From NCBI GenBank assembly GCA_012517355.1, contig JAAYVD010000112.1:2769-66768 (forward strand): a stretch of 64,000 nucleotides of DNA. The letters run 5' to 3'. The notes under the pieces were generated by a model. It ran no database searches. It had not been told where the DNA came from and saw only the letters and a list, made by a program, of their open reading frames with translations. This stretch comes from Candidatus Rifleibacteriota bacterium (GTDB taxonomy: Bacteria; Muiribacteriota; Ozemobacteria; Ozemobacterales; Ozemobacteraceae). Positions 1 through 10,130 of the stretch are shown piece by piece. Position numbers and translations under genes: made by a program. Every line of letters begins with the position of its first letter. Within the stretch, counting starts at the first letter, position 1.

Positions 1-1
1 C

Positions 2-1369
2 TGCCTGGCCCAGCCCCGGCATTTCAAGACCAAGAAGGGGGCCCAGGACGCCCACGAGGCGATCCGGCCCACCTCGGTCGAACGCACTCCCGAACGCATG
101 GCCGCCTTCCTGAAGCCCGAGGCCCTCAAGCTCTACACCCTGATCTGGAAACGCTTCGTCGCCACCCAGATGGCCGAGGCCCAGTTCGAGGTGGTGACCA
201 TCGACCTCGCCGCCGGGCCGCACGTGCTGCAGGCCACCGGCACCACCCAGTTGTTCGACGGGTTCACCCGCCTCTACTCGGAAGCCCACAGCGACGAGGA
301 ACCCGCCCCCGACGCCGGGGTGGAGCCGGCCGAGGACGGCCGCCAGCGCCTGCCCGAGCTGACCGAGGGCGCCGGCGTCGAGCTCGCCGGTCTCGACCAG
401 AAGCAGAACTTCACCGCCCCGCCGCCGCGCTACTCCGAGTCGAGCCTGATCAAGACCCTCGAGAAGGAAGGCATCGGCCGCCCGAGCACCTACGCCACCA
501 TCATCGAGACGATCCAGCAGCGCGGCTACGTGAAGAAGGTGGAAGGCCGCTTCCGGCCGTCCGATGCCGCCTTCCTCGCCCTGCAGGTGCTGACCGGCAG
601 TTTCGGCGACATCATCAACCCCGGGTTCACCGCCCGCATGGAAGGCGAGCTCGACGACGTCGAGGACGGCAAGAAGCAGTGGGTCCAGATCCTGCAGGAG
701 TTCTACGACCCGTTCCTCTCCGACCTGAAGAAGGTCGATTCCGAGATGCAGCGGGCCCAGGTGCTGTCCGACTGCGTCTGCGAGAAGTGCGGCAAGCCGA
801 TGCTGGTCAAGCTGGGCCGCACCGGGAAGTTCCTGGCCTGCTCCGGATACCCGGAATGCCGGTCGACCGAGAACATCCCCGAAGACCTGCTGCTGTTCGC
901 GGGCGGCAGCCCGACCGGCCCGGTCGCCCTGCGCAAGATCCTCGACGAGTACAAGGAGAAGGCGGGCCCCGCCGTCGAGGCCACCGACCAGGTCTGCGAG
1001 ACCTGCGGGGCGCCGATGGTCATCCGCAACGGCCGGTTCGGCAAGTTCATGGCCTGTTCGAAATACCCCGAATGCAAGACCACCCGGCGCATCGTGCAGG
1101 AGGCCGGCGTCGCCTGCCCCCTGCCCGGCTGCGGCGGCCAGGTCGTCATCAAGAAGTCGCGCAACCGGCGCGTGTTCTACGGCTGCTCGAAGTACCCCGA
1201 ATGCCGGCTGACCACCTGGGAAAAGCCGACCGGCGAGCTCTGCCCCGAATGCCAGGCCCCCCTGGTCTGGCATACCACCAAGAAACTGGGGCAGCACGCG
1301 CGGTGCTCGGGCAAGACCTGCAAGTTCCGCCGGGCGGCGGAAGGAGGTCCGGGTGCCAAAGAAGAATAA
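2..1369 (+). CDS. topA: DNA topoisomerase I (5'-truncated by window edge)
   Basis: Frame open from base 2: AQDAHEAIRPT, GIGRPSTYATI and FTARMEGELD motifs, then four C-terminal Cys4 zinc-ribbon repeats (e.g. CEKC..GKFLACSGYPEC). Confidence 0.97.
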   Translation, partial: CLAQPRHFKTKKGAQDAHEAIRPTSVERTPERMAAFLKPEALKLYTLIWKRFVATQMAEAQFEVVTIDLAAGPHVLQATGTTQLFDGFTRLYSEAHSDEEPAPDAGVEPAEDGRQRLPELTEGAGVELAGLDQKQNFTAPPPRYSESSLIKTLEKEGIGRPSTYATIIETIQQRGYVKKVEGRFRPSDAAFLALQVLTGSFGDIINPGFTARMEGELDDVEDGKKQWVQILQEFYDPFLSDLKKVDSEMQRAQVLSDCVCEKCGKPMLVKLGRTGKFLACSGYPECRSTENIPEDLLLFAGGSPTGPVALRKILDEYKEKAGPAVEATDQVCETCGAPMVIRNGRFGKFMACSKYPECKTTRRIVQEAGVACPLPGCGGQVVIKKSRNRRVFYGCSKYPECRLTTWEKPTGELCPECQAPLVWHTTKKLGQHARCSGKTCKFRRAAEGGPGAKEE

Positions 1370-2681
1370 CCCCGCTCCCGTCACCATCATCGGCGGCGGG
1401 CTGGCCGGCACGGAGGCCACCTACCAGCTGGTGCGCCGGGGGATCCCGGTCAAGCTGTTCGAGATGCGCCCCCGCGTCGAGACCGGGGCCCACCAGACCG
1501 ACCTGCTGGGCGAGCTGGTCTGCAGCAATTCGCTGGGCAGCAACCTGCCCGACCGGGCCTCGGGCCTGTTGAAGGAGGAACTGCGCGCCTTCGGCAGCTA
1601 CATCCTCGACACGGCGTACAAGTACCGGGTGCCGGCCGGCAACGCGCTGGCCGTCGACCGCGACGCGTTCGCCCGCGAGATCACCCGCTACGTCAAGGGC
1701 CACAGCATGGTCGAGTTCGTCAACGAGGAGGCGACCGACATCCCCGAGGAGGGTCTGGTCATCGTGGCCTCCGGGCCCCTCACCTCGAAGCGCCTGCTCG
1801 ACCACCTGGTGAAGCGCTTCGGCCAGAAATCGTTGTCGTTCTTCGACGCCATCGCCCCGATCGTCGAGGCCGAGAGCATCGACATGACCCGCGCCTACCG
1901 GGGTGACCGGTACAGTCTCGAACCCAAGGGCGATTACATCAACTGCCCGATGACACGGGAGGAATACGAGACCTTCGTCGACGCCCTGCTGAAGGCGAAG
2001 AAGATCGATCTGCCGGCCTTCGAGAAGGAGGCGAAGAAGAAGTTCTTCAGCGCCTGCCAGCCGGTCGAACAGATCGCCGCATCCGGCCGCGAGGCGCTGC
2101 GGTTCGGCCCCCTCAAGCCGGTGGGCCTGGTCGATCCGGTGTCAAAGCACCGCTCCTATGCCGTGTTGCAACTGCGGCAGGACAACCTGCTGTCGAGCCT
2201 GTACAACCTGGTGGGCTGCCAGACCAACCTCGTGCACGGGGAGCAGGAGCGGGTCTTCCGGCTGATCCCGGCGCTGCGCAACGCGAAGTTCGTGCGCCTC
2301 GGCCAGATGCACCGCAACTCGTACTTGTACTCGCCGAAATTTCTTACCACGACCCTGCAGGTCAAGGACCACCCCAACTGGTTCCTGGCCGGACAGATCA
2401 CCGGGGTCGAGGGCTACACCGAGTCGACCGGCACCGGCCTGCTGGCCGGCCTCAATGCCGCCCGCATCACCCTCGGCAAGACGCTCGTCGATCCGCCCCC
2501 CGCTACCATGCTGGGCGCCCTGCTGCGCTACATCACCTTCCCCGGCCACAAGCAGTTCACCCCGATGAACGCCAACTTCGGCCTGTTCGGCGACGACAAG
2601 GCCGAGACTGCCGACGACCGGCGCGCCGCCATCATCACCGAGGCGCGCCGCGCTTTCCGGGCCTACTTCCAGGAGTTGTAG
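1353..2681 (+). CDS. trmFO: FAD/methylenetetrahydrofolate-dependent tRNA (uracil-54-C5)-methyltransferase TrmFO (Gid)
   Basis: IIGGGLAGTEA FAD motif, ELVCSNS, LRFGPLKPVGL, GQITGVEGYTES, PMNANFG; classical topA-trmFO synteny; GTG start overlaps topA end. Confidence 0.96.
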   Translation: MPKKNNPAPVTIIGGGLAGTEATYQLVRRGIPVKLFEMRPRVETGAHQTDLLGELVCSNSLGSNLPDRASGLLKEELRAFGSYILDTAYKYRVPAGNALAVDRDAFAREITRYVKGHSMVEFVNEEATDIPEEGLVIVASGPLTSKRLLDHLVKRFGQKSLSFFDAIAPIVEAESIDMTRAYRGDRYSLEPKGDYINCPMTREEYETFVDALLKAKKIDLPAFEKEAKKKFFSACQPVEQIAASGREALRFGPLKPVGLVDPVSKHRSYAVLQLRQDNLLSSLYNLVGCQTNLVHGEQERVFRLIPALRNAKFVRLGQMHRNSYLYSPKFLTTTLQVKDHPNWFLAGQITGVEGYTESTGTGLLAGLNAARITLGKTLVDPPPATMLGALLRYITFPGHKQFTPMNANFGLFGDDKAETADDRRAAIITEARRAFRAYFQEL

Positions 2682-2975
2682 GCGACCGCCCCTCCACACC
2701 CACCGCGGGGCAGCCCCGCCCAACGCCAGAGGTTCCCCTCCCAGGCCCTGCCATGACGGCGGGGCCTGGTCGCCTTTCCCCCCGAAGGGGCTCCGTCCGT
2801 GGAAAGGCGCGACGGGGCACGACAACCGCCAGGGAAGGAGGGGAAGCCCGGAATCGAAATCCGGAGGAAAGGGGAAGGGGGGGAAGCGGGAGAAGGGGCG
2901 AGGGTGGAAAGGCCGATCTGGCGATGGCTCACCAGCCAGGCGGGGAGGAGCAGAAAAGACCGGGATGGAAGGGAC

Positions 2976-3051
2976 AAACCCCGTGCGTTGAGCGAGCCGG
3001 GCGTTTCGCCCCACCATCCCGACGAAGGGGCCCTTCCGACGTCGTGTCGGG
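2976..3051 (+). repeat. Degenerate copy of 81-bp palindromic repeat family (intergenic, between convergent genes)
   Basis: gggcgtttcgccccaccatcc...aaggggcccttccgacgtcgtgtcgg matches the 35880-35960 copy. Confidence 0.8.
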
Positions 3052-3128
3052 TTCGAAGGAGGGGAAAAAGAACCCCCGGGGCGAGGCTCGGTCTTCCTCG
3101 CACCCGGGGTTGGGCAAACCGGAGAGGG

Positions 3129-6100
3129 CTACTGCGACCAGGAACTGTCGCCGGCGTTGATCCGAACGATACGGTCGTTGCCGTAGTCGGCGATGAACAG
3201 GTAGGTGCCGTCGGCGGTGATCCCACGGGGGGTCGCGAATTCCCCGATCCCGCCACCGCTGGCGCCGAACGAGACCAGGACCTTCTCGCCCGTGTTCACC
3301 TTGTAGACGACGACCACCCGGTTGTTGGCCGGATCGGCCACGTACAGGTTGTTCCCGTCCGCTTCGAGGGCGAGCAGACTCCCGAAGCCGTAGGAAAGGG
3401 TGCCGGCGGTGAACCAGGCATTGTCGATGGCCTGCAGGTTATAGCGGCTGATGAACCCGTTGGTGCCGTTGTCCTGGGCGATGTAATACTCCGTGTTATT
3501 GAGGGCGAATCCCGTGGGGGAGGCCAGGCCGATAATATAGGCAGAGTTGCTCGCCCCGCCTGACAGGTCGAACTGGCCTAGGGTCTGCACGGTGTTGTTG
3601 GCCACAAACACGTTGGTGGTGTTGGCTCCGATGCCTCCGAGGGCGCCGGAAGTCCACTGCGAAACGTAGCTCGCCACCCCGTTCACATTGCCCAACTGGA
3701 AAATGGTGCCGGGGACATCGTGAACGTAGAGGGTATTGCTGGGCCCCGCCGCGAGGTCCAGGACGGTGGTGCTGAGGGTCCCGACCCCGCCCCAGGTGTT
3801 TTCCGACGCGAGGGTGGTGGAATTGTAACCCGTCACCGAGGTGGAACCGGCGGCGGCGACCCACAACCGCCCGCCGGCGATCGCCAGGCTGATCGGGTTG
3901 GTCACCGAATAGGTCTGCCAGTACCACAGGTGGAAGGTCTTGAAGATCTGGGCGAGACTGCCGTGGCTGTCGTGATAATCGATCCGGACCGTGTAGGACC
4001 CTGGCCCAGGGAAGGGGTGGGTCCAGACCCCGTTGTTGATCGCCGTGCCTGAGCCGATCTGGATGAACTGGGGATCCGAGGGACCCTTGAGCCAGAAGCC
4101 GATGCTGGCCGGATCGACATTCCCCTGGTCCTCATGATCCGTGACCGTCACCGCCAGGTCCACCTGGTTTCCTGTCGGGCTGGGGGTCGGCGGAGGAGAG
4201 ATCAGGTACACAGGAATGCTGGCGGTCGTCGTGGCGAACTGAGCCGCGGAATAGTCGGGGGTGATGGTCAGAGACAACGTGGCCAACCGGTTCACCAGGA
4301 TGGTGCGGGTGGCTTGGGACGCCACGCCGTGGTTGTCGGTGACCCGGTACGTGATCTGGTGATACCCCGCGGAAGGGGATGCATACGTCGTCGTGGATCC
4401 CGTGGCAACCGACCCGTCGATGCTCGAGAACCAGCTGTGGATGAGGGTATCACCGGTTTGGTCGAGACCGGTTCCGCCAAGGGTGATGGGCATTCCGGTG
4501 TCAAAGCGACCGACGTCAGGCGAGGTCGAGGTGGCAGGATTTGCTCCGATGTAACACGTCGGTGTGGCGTTGACGAAGAGGTAGTGCGAGGTCGATCCGA
4601 CCGCAAGAGCCGAATCCTTCCCGTTCAGGCAGATGACGTGGGTGCCCAGCGCCGAGATCGAGTGGTCGAAGGTGCTGGTGCCCACCCCTGCGGGGATGCT
4701 CACGCCGTTGTCCATCCAGGTCAGGGTGCTGGTCGCCACCGGGCCGTCCTCGGGATCGGTGCCGTAGCCTGAGATGGTGAACTGGGCGTATTGGAACACC
4801 CACGCGTTGTTGGTGGGGGTAGCGATGGTCATGGTCGGCGTCGAGTTGCCGGCAATGGTGAAGTCGAACTGGACCGTCGTGGAGGCACCCAGGGTGTCGG
4901 AGGCGATGATGGTGACGGTCTGGGCCCCCGTCGTCGTGTAGGTGAAGGTCGCCGCCGTGGCCGAGGCCACGAAGGTGTTGCCCGGGGTCTTCCAGAATCC
5001 GATCGACAGGGGCTGTCCGTCGGGCTCGGTGGCCGAGGCGACGACCGTAAAGGTGGCCCCGTAAGCGAAGGTGGTGGAAGAAGGAATCACGCTGTAGGAC
5101 AGCAGGGGCGACCGGTTCATGAAGAAGCTGGTCGTGGCCGTTCCTGAGGCGCCGTAGACATCGATGCCCCCCACCATGAGGGAATGGGAGCCAGGCGAGA
5201 AGGCCATCGTGAGAGTCGAGTTCGTCTGGCCCGGGATCTGGAAAGTGCCGGTCCCGGTATTGTCGAACCACTGGAAACTGCCGGCTGGCAGGCTGCCTTG
5301 CTCGAGGTCGGTGGCGTTGGCCACCACGGTGAGGTTCGAACCGTACGGGTAGACCTGGCCGGAGCTGCTCGGGCTGGCGATCGAGAGGACCGGCGGCCGG
5401 TTGACCAGGTAGGTGAACTGGGCGGTGGTCGAGGCCCCCAGGCTGTCGGTGGCGACGATGGTGAGCGTGCTGGTGCCGGCAATGGTGCAGGAGATGGTCT
5501 GCGCGGTCGCCGAGGCGAAGTAACTGGCGCCACCGTTGTTTGACCACCCAATGGACAGCGGCTGCCCATCAGGCTCGGCCGCGGTGGCGGTCACCGTGAA
5601 CGTGGCGCCGAAGGTGAACACCGTCTGGCTGGCCGCCACCGTATAGGACAAGGTGGGCGGGCGGTTCACATAGAAGCTGGTGGTCGCTGTGCTGGAGGCG
5701 CTATAGGAGTCGATACCCACGACGGTGATGGAATGTGACCCCGGCGAGAAGACCTGGGTCAGGGTGGGGTTGGTCTGACCCGTGATCTGGAATTGGCCGG
5801 TTCCCGTGTTGTCATACCAGGCGTAGCTGCCGTTGGGCAGGGACCCCTGCTCGAAATCGGCTGAGGTGGCCACCAGGGTGAGGTTGGCCCCGGTCATGTA
5901 GACCTGGTTGGGAAGGGCGGGGCTGGCGATGGTCACCACCGGGGGCATGTCGATGAAGATCGGCCGGGTGACCGACCCGACCAGGCCCAGGCGGTCGGTG
6001 TAGGTCAGCATCACGGTGTGGGTGCCCTGGGGGATGCTGCGGGTCGAGGTGGAAGGCCCGTTGAACAGGGGGGTCGAGGTGGACGACCAGTCGATGTACC

Positions 6101-7817
6101 AGTTGTAGTGGTTGGCGGCAAGGACCCCGTCGTCGATGTCTTCGTCCCAGACGACGTTGCCCACCAGGGTGACCGGGGCGCTGGCGTAATAGTAGGAGGT
6201 GGTCGGGGCCATGTAGAGGGTGGCCGGCCCGTTGACCCGGAAGGTCAGCGTGGCCCCGCCCCGCGCCCCCTCGGCATCGGTCACCCACAGGGAAACCGCG
6301 TAGGTGCCGGGGTTGTTCGGGGTCCCGTAGGCGCTCCAGGTGCCGGAGGCCGCCAGGAAGGGGGTGGAAGACCCCGGCGGCAACACGTACCACTCGGGCT
6401 TGGCGACGGCCAGGGACAGGCTGGTGGTCGCGCCCCCGACGAGATCATATCCGGCACCCGAGATAATGATCGGGGTCAGGGTGACGGAATACGGGTTGAA
6501 CAGTTCGTTGTAGACCGGCGCGGTGATGGACGCCGTCGGCGGGGTGTTGGTGCCGGTCGCCCCGGGAGTGACGATGATCGCTTTGCTCGTCGAACCCGAG
6601 GCACCACTGGCATCTTTGACCGTGACGGTGATGGTCACCGAACTGGTGGCGGCTACGTCCGGAGAGGTCCAGACGACCGACTGGGTATTGGTCGCGTTGA
6701 ACGTGCCTCCCGTTGCCATCCACGAATAGGAAAGGGTGTCACCGGCATCGACATCGGTCGCGCTCGCGGTCAGCGGCAACGGATAGTTCTTGGTCACCGT
6801 GGCAACGCTGCTGATGATGCCGAAGACCGTGGGGGGGTGGTTGGTGCCGGTGGCCAGGCCGCTGCCGTAGCCGATGTATACTTTGACCGAGGCTCCCAGC
6901 GTCGAATCGGAAGCGGTGCAGACGATGGTGGCAGTGCCCGCGCCGGAGGGTGGGGCCTGCCAGGTTGCGTACGCGTCGGTTGTGCTGGTGGAGATCGTCC
7001 CGTAGTCCTTCATCCAGGTGATCGTGAGGGTGTTCGCATCGGGGTCGGTGGCCGAGGCGGTCAGGTTGACATACCCGCTGTTGGAAACCCCGGAGTACTG
7101 CGATGCCTTCAATTCCAGCATGGGAGCCCGGTTGGTGTCTCCCGTGGGGGCGAGGGTGGTCTGAATGAAGGTCGGAGGAGCGGCGAAGTTCACCGGGATC
7201 GTCGTGGTCTGGAATCCGGTCGCCGTCACGGTGAGCCCCTCGCTGACCGGGGGCATCGGATAAGGCAGGGAGAATGACCCGGTGGACGTGGTGGTGATGG
7301 TCTCACCCCAGATCGAGATGGTCGCGTTCGCCACGGGGGCCCCGCTTTTGTCGAGGAGCACCCCGCTGACCGTGCCAGTGGCCAGCTGCACGCCGATGTT
7401 GCCGGTGCCGTTCGTCGGCGAACTTTGCGAAATGGTCACCGGGCTGGAGCGCCACTTGTAGACCTTGCCGGTCGTCGGATTGGTGAACGAGGCCACCACG
7501 CGGTGCGACCCGAAGGGAGCGGGGGTGATGTCGAAGGAGCCGCTGCTGGTTGTGAACGCCCGATACTGGGTGCGGTAGTTCTCGAGCCAGACCTCGGCCG
7601 AGGCCAGCCCGGCCCCGGTGGTGAGGGCCATGATCGACGGGTCGACCTCGCGCAAAGAGGCGATTCCCGCGAGGGTCACCTGCCCGGTCACGTGCCCCTG
7701 CGTGGTGACCGCGGAGATCGGGTCGTCGCCGGTCCCTCCGCAGCCGTAAAACATCATGGCCGCGAACAGGACGGGAATCAGATACCACCAGGACGCGAAA
7801 CGCCGCATCGACGTCAT
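3129..7817 (-). CDS. Large Thr/Ser-rich surface lipoprotein: carboxypeptidase-regulatory-like domain, tandem Ig/PKD-like domains, C-terminal NHL-type beta-propeller
   Basis: 1562 aa; signal peptide with lipobox-like MFYGC; repeated N-x-P-P...D-x-D/E-G...W...G-x-H-x-I modules; C-terminal YVADPANNRV and GEFATPRGITAD..LFIADYGNDRI NHL repeats. Confidence 0.85.
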   Translation of the reverse strand: MTSMRRFASWWYLIPVLFAAMMFYGCGGTGDDPISAVTTQGHVTGQVTLAGIASLREVDPSIMALTTGAGLASAEVWLENYRTQYRAFTTSSGSFDITPAPFGSHRVVASFTNPTTGKVYKWRSSPVTISQSSPTNGTGNIGVQLATGTVSGVLLDKSGAPVANATISIWGETITTTSTGSFSLPYPMPPVSEGLTVTATGFQTTTIPVNFAAPPTFIQTTLAPTGDTNRAPMLELKASQYSGVSNSGYVNLTASATDPDANTLTITWMKDYGTISTSTTDAYATWQAPPSGAGTATIVCTASDSTLGASVKVYIGYGSGLATGTNHPPTVFGIISSVATVTKNYPLPLTASATDVDAGDTLSYSWMATGGTFNATNTQSVVWTSPDVAATSSVTITVTVKDASGASGSTSKAIIVTPGATGTNTPPTASITAPVYNELFNPYSVTLTPIIISGAGYDLVGGATTSLSLAVAKPEWYVLPPGSSTPFLAASGTWSAYGTPNNPGTYAVSLWVTDAEGARGGATLTFRVNGPATLYMAPTTSYYYASAPVTLVGNVVWDEDIDDGVLAANHYNWYIDWSSTSTPLFNGPSTSTRSIPQGTHTVMLTYTDRLGLVGSVTRPIFIDMPPVVTIASPALPNQVYMTGANLTLVATSADFEQGSLPNGSYAWYDNTGTGQFQITGQTNPTLTQVFSPGSHSITVVGIDSYSASSTATTSFYVNRPPTLSYTVAASQTVFTFGATFTVTATAAEPDGQPLSIGWSNNGGASYFASATAQTISCTIAGTSTLTIVATDSLGASTTAQFTYLVNRPPVLSIASPSSSGQVYPYGSNLTVVANATDLEQGSLPAGSFQWFDNTGTGTFQIPGQTNSTLTMAFSPGSHSLMVGGIDVYGASGTATTSFFMNRSPLLSYSVIPSSTTFAYGATFTVVASATEPDGQPLSIGFWKTPGNTFVASATAATFTYTTTGAQTVTIIASDTLGASTTVQFDFTIAGNSTPTMTIATPTNNAWVFQYAQFTISGYGTDPEDGPVATSTLTWMDNGVSIPAGVGTSTFDHSISALGTHVICLNGKDSALAVGSTSHYLFVNATPTCYIGANPATSTSPDVGRFDTGMPITLGGTGLDQTGDTLIHSWFSSIDGSVATGSTTTYASPSAGYHQITYRVTDNHGVASQATRTILVNRLATLSLTITPDYSAAQFATTTASIPVYLISPPPTPSPTGNQVDLAVTVTDHEDQGNVDPASIGFWLKGPSDPQFIQIGSGTAINNGVWTHPFPGPGSYTVRIDYHDSHGSLAQIFKTFHLWYWQTYSVTNPISLAIAGGRLWVAAAGSTSVTGYNSTTLASENTWGGVGTLSTTVLDLAAGPSNTLYVHDVPGTIFQLGNVNGVASYVSQWTSGALGGIGANTTNVFVANNTVQTLGQFDLSGGASNSAYIIGLASPTGFALNNTEYYIAQDNGTNGFISRYNLQAIDNAWFTAGTLSYGFGSLLALEADGNNLYVADPANNRVVVVYKVNTGEKVLVSFGASGGGIGEFATPRGITADGTYLFIADYGNDRIVRINAGDSSWSQ
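4848..5945 (-). repeat. Intragenic tandem duplication of a 549-bp (183-aa) two-domain unit
   Basis: PPVVTIASP..DFEQGSLP..DNTGTGQFQI..EPDGQPLSIG recurs as PPVLSIASP..DLEQGSLP..DNTGTGTFQI..EPDGQPLSIG exactly 549 bp downstream. Confidence 0.85.
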
Positions 7818-7861
7818 AGGCTCCCCCTCATACTTCAGAAAAAATCGTGTGCACCACGGAC

Positions 7862-7891
7862 ATTATGGATTCCCTTCCCTTCCCCTGTCAA
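7862..7891 (-). promoter_or_regulatory. Sigma70-type promoter of the large lipoprotein gene
   Basis: Minus strand TTGACA-18 bp-CATAAT, about 45 bp upstream of the ATG. Confidence 0.65.
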
Positions 7892-8233
7892 CAGAGGAGA
7901 ATGACAATTTTCCAGGACCTGTCCGAGTATGACCCCGCGGAATGGGTAAGCACGATGAAACGTCTCCCAAATAGCGAGACTTCAGCATTTCGACAGAAAC
8001 CTCCAAGGGCGGCAGGGGAAAGGGAGAAAGGGGGGAAATGGCGAAGGGAGTCGCCAGCAAGATCTGCGCAGTCAGCATTGATGGGTGGATGAAGAACGTG
8101 GATTGATGCGTCAGTCGGAATGCTGGAGTGTCCACAAAGCCCTGATACCGCCAGAATTGCCCCAGAATGGCAGGTGAGGATTCAGGCAAGGAGATCGGGC
8201 AGAGGAACCGGCCAGGGAGGGGTTTGCGGCCGG

Positions 8234-9058
8234 TCAACGGCCGGTGCAGGCGAGCGACGCGGCGACCGCGGGACGGTCGAGCAGGGCGTCGTAGAACACC
8301 GAGAAGGCACCCTCGAGCGCCAGTCGGAACCCCGGGCCGGCCTCGACCAGTTCCGCCCGCACGAGATCGAGGGCACGGTCCACGTCCTCGCCGGTCGGGG
8401 CGGAGCGCCCCGCGGCCACCGCCGAGGCCCGGGTGAACCATTGCAACAGGCCGACCTCCATCAACAGCAGGCTGGCCCCCAGAAAGACCGACCCGTAGCG
8501 CACCAGCCACCCGTTGGCCAGCTGCTGCCGGAGGAGGGCTTCCCAGGCCCGGTCGGCCTCCGCCTGGATCTCCCGCATGGGAACCGCCTGCACCGCGTTG
8601 ACCCCGACCGTGACCTCCCAGCGCGGGATGCGCAGCGAGCCGAACCCGCCGACCTGCTTGGCCAGGCCGAACAGCAGGGAGACCATCAGCCCCACCCCGC
8701 CCCGGACAGGCGCCTGCCCGTCGGTCTGCAGCAGCGAGTTCAAAAAGACCCCCAGGATCAGCCGGGCCTTGGTGTCGTCATGGCCAGGGCCGGCCGCGCG
8801 GGCCGCCGCCACCGCCTCCTCCGCGCCGGGCAGGGACTCCCCCCGCGATTCGCGGGAGACCATCTGGTGGAGGGCCAGCACCTTCTCGGGCAGCGGCAGG
8901 TCGGCCCGCCCGAACAGGGCTTCCCCGGCCGCCTGCAGGGCGAAGTAGCGGTCGCGCGGGAAGGTCAGCGACCCGCGGAGGGGCAGCCGCTCGGGAACCG
9001 GGGATCCGGCCATCGGGCCGCCGGACGGCGCCTGGCCGACAGCAAGGGGGTCTGTCAC
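8234..9058 (-). CDS. Hypothetical helical protein (weak resemblance to the C-terminal part of YkgJ/FliB-like proteins)
   Basis: 274-aa ORF with GC3-rich codons, 8 bp downstream of the STAS gene, GGAG upstream. Confidence 0.65.
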   Translation of the reverse strand: MTDPLAVGQAPSGGPMAGSPVPERLPLRGSLTFPRDRYFALQAAGEALFGRADLPLPEKVLALHQMVSRESRGESLPGAEEAVAAARAAGPGHDDTKARLILGVFLNSLLQTDGQAPVRGGVGLMVSLLFGLAKQVGGFGSLRIPRWEVTVGVNAVQAVPMREIQAEADRAWEALLRQQLANGWLVRYGSVFLGASLLLMEVGLLQWFTRASAVAAGRSAPTGEDVDRALDLVRAELVEAGPGFRLALEGAFSVFYDALLDRPAVAASLACTGR

Positions 9059-9066
9059 GGGACGAC

Positions 9067-9420
9067 CTACTCCTTGACCGCGGCCACGGCGTCGGGCTCG
9101 CTGGAGGCCTGGGTGGCCAGGAAGAACAGCCCCGACATCTCGAGCACCGCCAGGTGGTGACCGTCGAGGCCGAAGACCGCCAGGTGCCCGGCGAAATCGT
9201 CGATGACCTTGCTGGAGATGTCGAGCAGGGCTGCCACGCCCGGGCTGCTGATCAGCTCGATGGCCTGGAAGTTCAGGACGAACCGCAGGCCCCCCTCCTG
9301 CAGACGGGCCTCGACGAACTCCCGCAAGGCCGCCCCGCCGGTCTGCTCGAGATACCCGGAGAGGGCGATGTGGGTGATCTCCCCCTCCTGCCGGTGGGTG
9401 AACGAAAATTTCTTGTACAT
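9067..9420 (-). CDS. STAS-domain anti-sigma-factor antagonist
   Basis: 117 aa; LSGYLE..., FVLNFQAIELISSPGVAALL matches the D/S-S-x-G STAS phosphoserine motif. Confidence 0.88.
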   Translation of the reverse strand: MYKKFSFTHRQEGEITHIALSGYLEQTGGAALREFVEARLQEGGLRFVLNFQAIELISSPGVAALLDISSKVIDDFAGHLAVFGLDGHHLAVLEMSGLFFLATQASSEPDAVAAVKE

Positions 9421-9448
9421 GGGGCCCTCACTGCGCTAGGAATGCCCC

Positions 9449-9477
9449 ATTCTACCCGCCTCCCGGATGGGATGCAA
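9449..9477 (-). promoter_or_regulatory. Sigma70-type promoter of the STAS gene
   Basis: Minus strand TTGCAT-17 bp-TAGAAT. Confidence 0.6.
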
Positions 9478-9628
9478 ACACCGGGTCGGCATCCGGCACC
9501 ACGTCATCCCTGAACTCCCTGTCCAAGGCGAGCACCTGCCAGGCTAAAATAAAAAATGTGCCGGGGTTAGCGACACATTGAAAGGGAGTTAGGGATTTGG
9601 TTGTCCATTCGGTTCCGCCCACTTCGGA

Positions 9629-9658
9629 GTTGAAGTGGAACTTCACCTGAACTTCAAC
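9629..9658. promoter_or_regulatory. Nested inverted repeat, candidate operator
   Basis: GTTGAAGT-N14-ACTTCAAC with an inner TGAAGT-N3-ACTTCA, in an AT-rich divergent intergenic region. Confidence 0.4.
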
Positions 9659-9905
9659 AAGACCATCGGCGCGATCGATGGGGAAGTTTAGCCCCTTTTT
9701 TCTTTTCCTGGATTTTCTTGACCGAACCCTTCGGCGGAAGCATGGAAACCCTTTGGGGGTGGGCATTCCGAAAGGTCAACAGCGACGAGGGTGCCCGTTC
9801 GGCAAATTTCCCGGGAAGCCGGCATGGGGGGGGCTCAACATCCGCCCGCCGGGTGACGATATCTGAAATACCAACGTTCATGCCCCACAACGGGAGGTTC
9901 ACGCG

Positions 9906-10130
9906 ATGAAGACCGACAGCCTCATGACGATTCCCGAACTCATGGAGTTCCTGCAGGTGAAGCGAAACACCATCTACACCCTCCGCCGGCTGGGCCTGCC
10001 CACCGTGAAGATCGGCCGCTCGGTCCGGTTCCGGGCGGACAGCATCCGCAAGTGGCTGGAAGAGATGGAACAGCGGAACCCCGGCGCCATGAACCCGTTG
10101 CTGGAGCCGGAGAGCGCCCACCTCCTCTGA
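9906..10130 (+). CDS. Small excisionase/MerR-like helix-turn-helix DNA-binding protein (HTH_17 type)
   Basis: LMTIPELMEFLQVKRNTIYTLRRLGLPTVKIGRSVRF pattern; GGAGG RBS. Confidence 0.88.
   Translation: MKTDSLMTIPELMEFLQVKRNTIYTLRRLGLPTVKIGRSVRFRADSIRKWLEEMEQRNPGAMNPLLEPESAHLL

Noticed and set aside
9906-10130. Prophage or ICE marked by the excisionase-like gene
   Set aside because: No integrase, att site, phage or conjugation genes nearby
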